From positions 1-39,084 of the forward strand of contig JAHQXB010000117.1 in NCBI GenBank assembly GCA_029856435.1: a stretch of DNA of 39,084 bases, read 5' to 3'. The notes under the pieces are model-generated. The model was not told the origin of the DNA. It did no database searches and worked only from the letters and a program-made list of their open reading frames with translations. Shown one piece after another: positions 37,751 through 39,084 of this stretch. The stretch comes from Candidatus Jordarchaeia archaeon. Its GTDB lineage: Archaea; Asgardarchaeota; Jordiarchaeia; Jordiarchaeales; Jordiarchaeaceae. Numbering within the stretch: position 1 is the stretch's first letter; each line of letters opens with the position of its first letter. The position numbers and the translations under genes were made by a program.

Positions 37751-38258
37751 TTTTGTAGAGTGCTTCTAACTTAGCGTCACCTTCTGTAAGCTTGCTCACA
37801 GTCATTTAAAAAATTCTTTTTTGGTCCAAAATTGGCTTTTAAAGCAAGGGAAAAATAGAGATTTAAGGCTTGAAAAGTTGCAAAACAGGACCCATAAGAT
37901 AGGAAACGTTGGAGGAAACAGTGCCATTTTGAAAACCGGACCGCCCAGCATAAACCATCAAAAATTGTTGAAAATCTTAACTGAAGTTTTTGGCTACCCC
38001 TAGAGGAACAAATTATTCCTTATAAAAGTAGACAGTGACCAGAATTTTTGGGAACATAAGGTTTGGTGGGCATTTTTGGAATTTTGTCGTTTGATTGGAG
38101 GAGGAAGTTCCCTTAAAAAGTGTTTGAAATTAAAGGAAAACATTGTGAGGACTACCTTTGGTAAAAGAGGGTATATTAAGGGAAGAGTGAAAAAATGATA
38201 CGGAAGCCCACAAGTCAATCATAGGGCATTCTCCAGTAGTTTGTACGGAGAAATTGTA

Positions 38259-38690
38259 CTACTTTTGTTCTTCTAAGAAAACCAAGTTCACTTTGAATGG
38301 GTTCTGCTTCATTTCTTCCTCTATTTCTTCTTTTCTGGCAAAGAGAGCTTGACAACCGTATTTCTTTGCTAGTGCTATACAGGTGCATGCGGCTAGTGAT
38401 ATTGCTCTTCTGCATTTTAGACTTCCTGCCTTTACAGCCAAATCCAAGGACAAATCTATGACCGGGTCTTTTATGACGGTTAGGATTTTCAAGCATTCTT
38501 GGGCAAGTTTCTCTCCACCAGCTCTGCATAAAACGTAGTAAATTTCGGAAAGTGTGAGAAGGGAGACGAAAACCTTTTTTGGTTGAGGAGAGTTAAGATA
38601 GCCGTCAAGCCTCTTTCCAAGTTCAGTTTCTAAGAAGTATTCTATCCAAGCACTTGTGTCAACTGCTAGATTACCTTGCAAACTTTTCAA
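38259..38690 (-). CDS. vapC: PIN-domain (VapC-like) toxin
   Basis: AVDTSAWIEY, SEIYY.LCR, ISLAACTCIALA; overlaps the upstream antitoxin gene. Confidence 0.88.
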   Translation of the reverse strand: MKSLQGNLAVDTSAWIEYFLETELGKRLDGYLNSPQPKKVFVSLLTLSEIYYVLCRAGGEKLAQECLKILTVIKDPVIDLSLDLAVKAGSLKCRRAISLAACTCIALAKKYGCQALFARKEEIEEEMKQNPFKVNLVFLEEQK

Positions 38691-38928
38691 GTCTCTTCTC
38701 CTCCTCGTCTCTGAGCTCAGCCAGAATTCTTCTCACCCCCTCAGGACTCTTTTTTAGAATTCCGAAAAAGGACCGCAGGACGTTAAAATCCTTTTTCCCC
38801 TCGTATTGATCGATGAGAAACCTTATTACATCGTTGAATGTCACATTTCTCTTAAGCTCAGCTTGGAGCCAACCAGCAATCTCCAAAAGCTTCCTCTTAG
38901 TCTCCTCATCGACTTGGACGGTAAACAT
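38671..38928 (-). CDS. vapB: VapB-like antitoxin
   Basis: 85 aa; N-terminal TVQVDEETKRKL..TFNDVIRFLI (RHH-like) and acidic C-terminus; immediately upstream of the PIN gene. Confidence 0.8.
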   Translation of the reverse strand: MFTVQVDEETKRKLLEIAGWLQAELKRNVTFNDVIRFLIDQYEGKKDFNVLRSFFGILKKSPEGVRRILAELRDEEEKRLEKFAR

Positions 38929-38940
38929 AGATAATCGCCC

Positions 38941-39084
38941 ATGCTAACAGTTCTAAAATAGCGGTTTAAATAGAATTATGCTGAACTACAGCAAGATGCC
39001 TATGGAGCGATTATACACCCTCAAAGAGGCAAAACAACCACTGGGCACCACGACGCAAACCATCCAGAAATGGGACAAGCAAAG
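38941..39084 (+). mobile_element. Left end of an IS607-type element, truncated by the window end
   Basis: ATGCTAACAG... aligns with 19580 downward(-); contains a TTTAAATA TATA-like box and the tnpA start. Confidence 0.85.
38996..39084 (+). CDS. tnpA: IS607 TnpA (MerR-HTH serine recombinase) N-terminus, partial
   Basis: MPMERLYTLKEAKQPLGTTTQTIQKWDKQ matches the IS607 transposase MerR-type HTH start (ATG at 38996 or 39002). Confidence 0.82.
   Translation, partial: MPMERLYTLKEAKQPLGTTTQTIQKWDKQ

Noticed and set aside
37560-37800. Cobalamin riboswitch upstream of the B12 mutase
   Set aside because: Only GCCACT matches; the AGGGAA, GGTG-AA-TCC and B12-box elements are absent.
38101-38111. GAGGAAGTTCC resembling the RNase P RNA P4 motif
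   Set aside because: The flanking sequence is AT-rich and lacks the other conserved RNase P regions.
597-38529. Many antisense or nested ORFs in the ORF track (e.g. 597-959, 2081-2458, 9225-9578, 19762-20130, 36016-36471, 38215-38529)
   Set aside because: They are shadows of well-supported genes on the other strand or frame and show no motifs.
1-39084. CRISPR array, rRNA or tRNA genes
   Set aside because: No regularly spaced direct repeats, rRNA signature or complete cloverleaf was seen by eye.

Overview
Gene-dense 39 kb window from an anaerobic archaeon. This is inferred from TATA-like promoters, GGAGG/GGTGA ribosome-binding sites, MtrH, AOR, a SAMP/MoaD protein and VapBC; a Bathyarchaeia- or Asgard-type host is plausible but cannot be proven here. 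Most of the window is a loose cluster of acyl-CoA/redox catabolism genes: a DUF35-Ltp4-Ltp3-DUF35-like non-thiolytic thiolase operon, two B12 acyl-CoA mutase large subunits with non-MCM active-site signatures plus one B12-binding subunit, an IVD-type acyl-CoA dehydrogenase with a C-terminal winged-helix-like extension, a PaaK-like CoA ligase, an atypical 4-hydroxybutyryl-CoA-dehydratase-family protein, AOR with a ferredoxin, a three-subunit 2-oxoacid:ferredoxin oxidoreductase, a stand-alone MtrH, an amidinotransferase and a nitronate-monooxygenase/FabK-like flavoprotein. The most striking non-annotated signals are TnpB-family RNA-guided transposon parts. (i) The window starts in the 3' end of a tnpB and ends in the left end plus tnpA start of the same IS607-type element. 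(ii) A 500-bp internally deleted copy at 19081-19580 keeps the left end and the whole omegaRNA-like right end but lost both enzymes. (iii) An unrelated 259-bp, highly structured IS200/IS605-type mini-element at 35432-35690 sits next to a TTTAA motif in the last codons of an HD-hydrolase gene and rebuilds the same protein C-terminus. No CRISPR array, rRNA or tRNA was found. All calls are by eye; no database searches were run.
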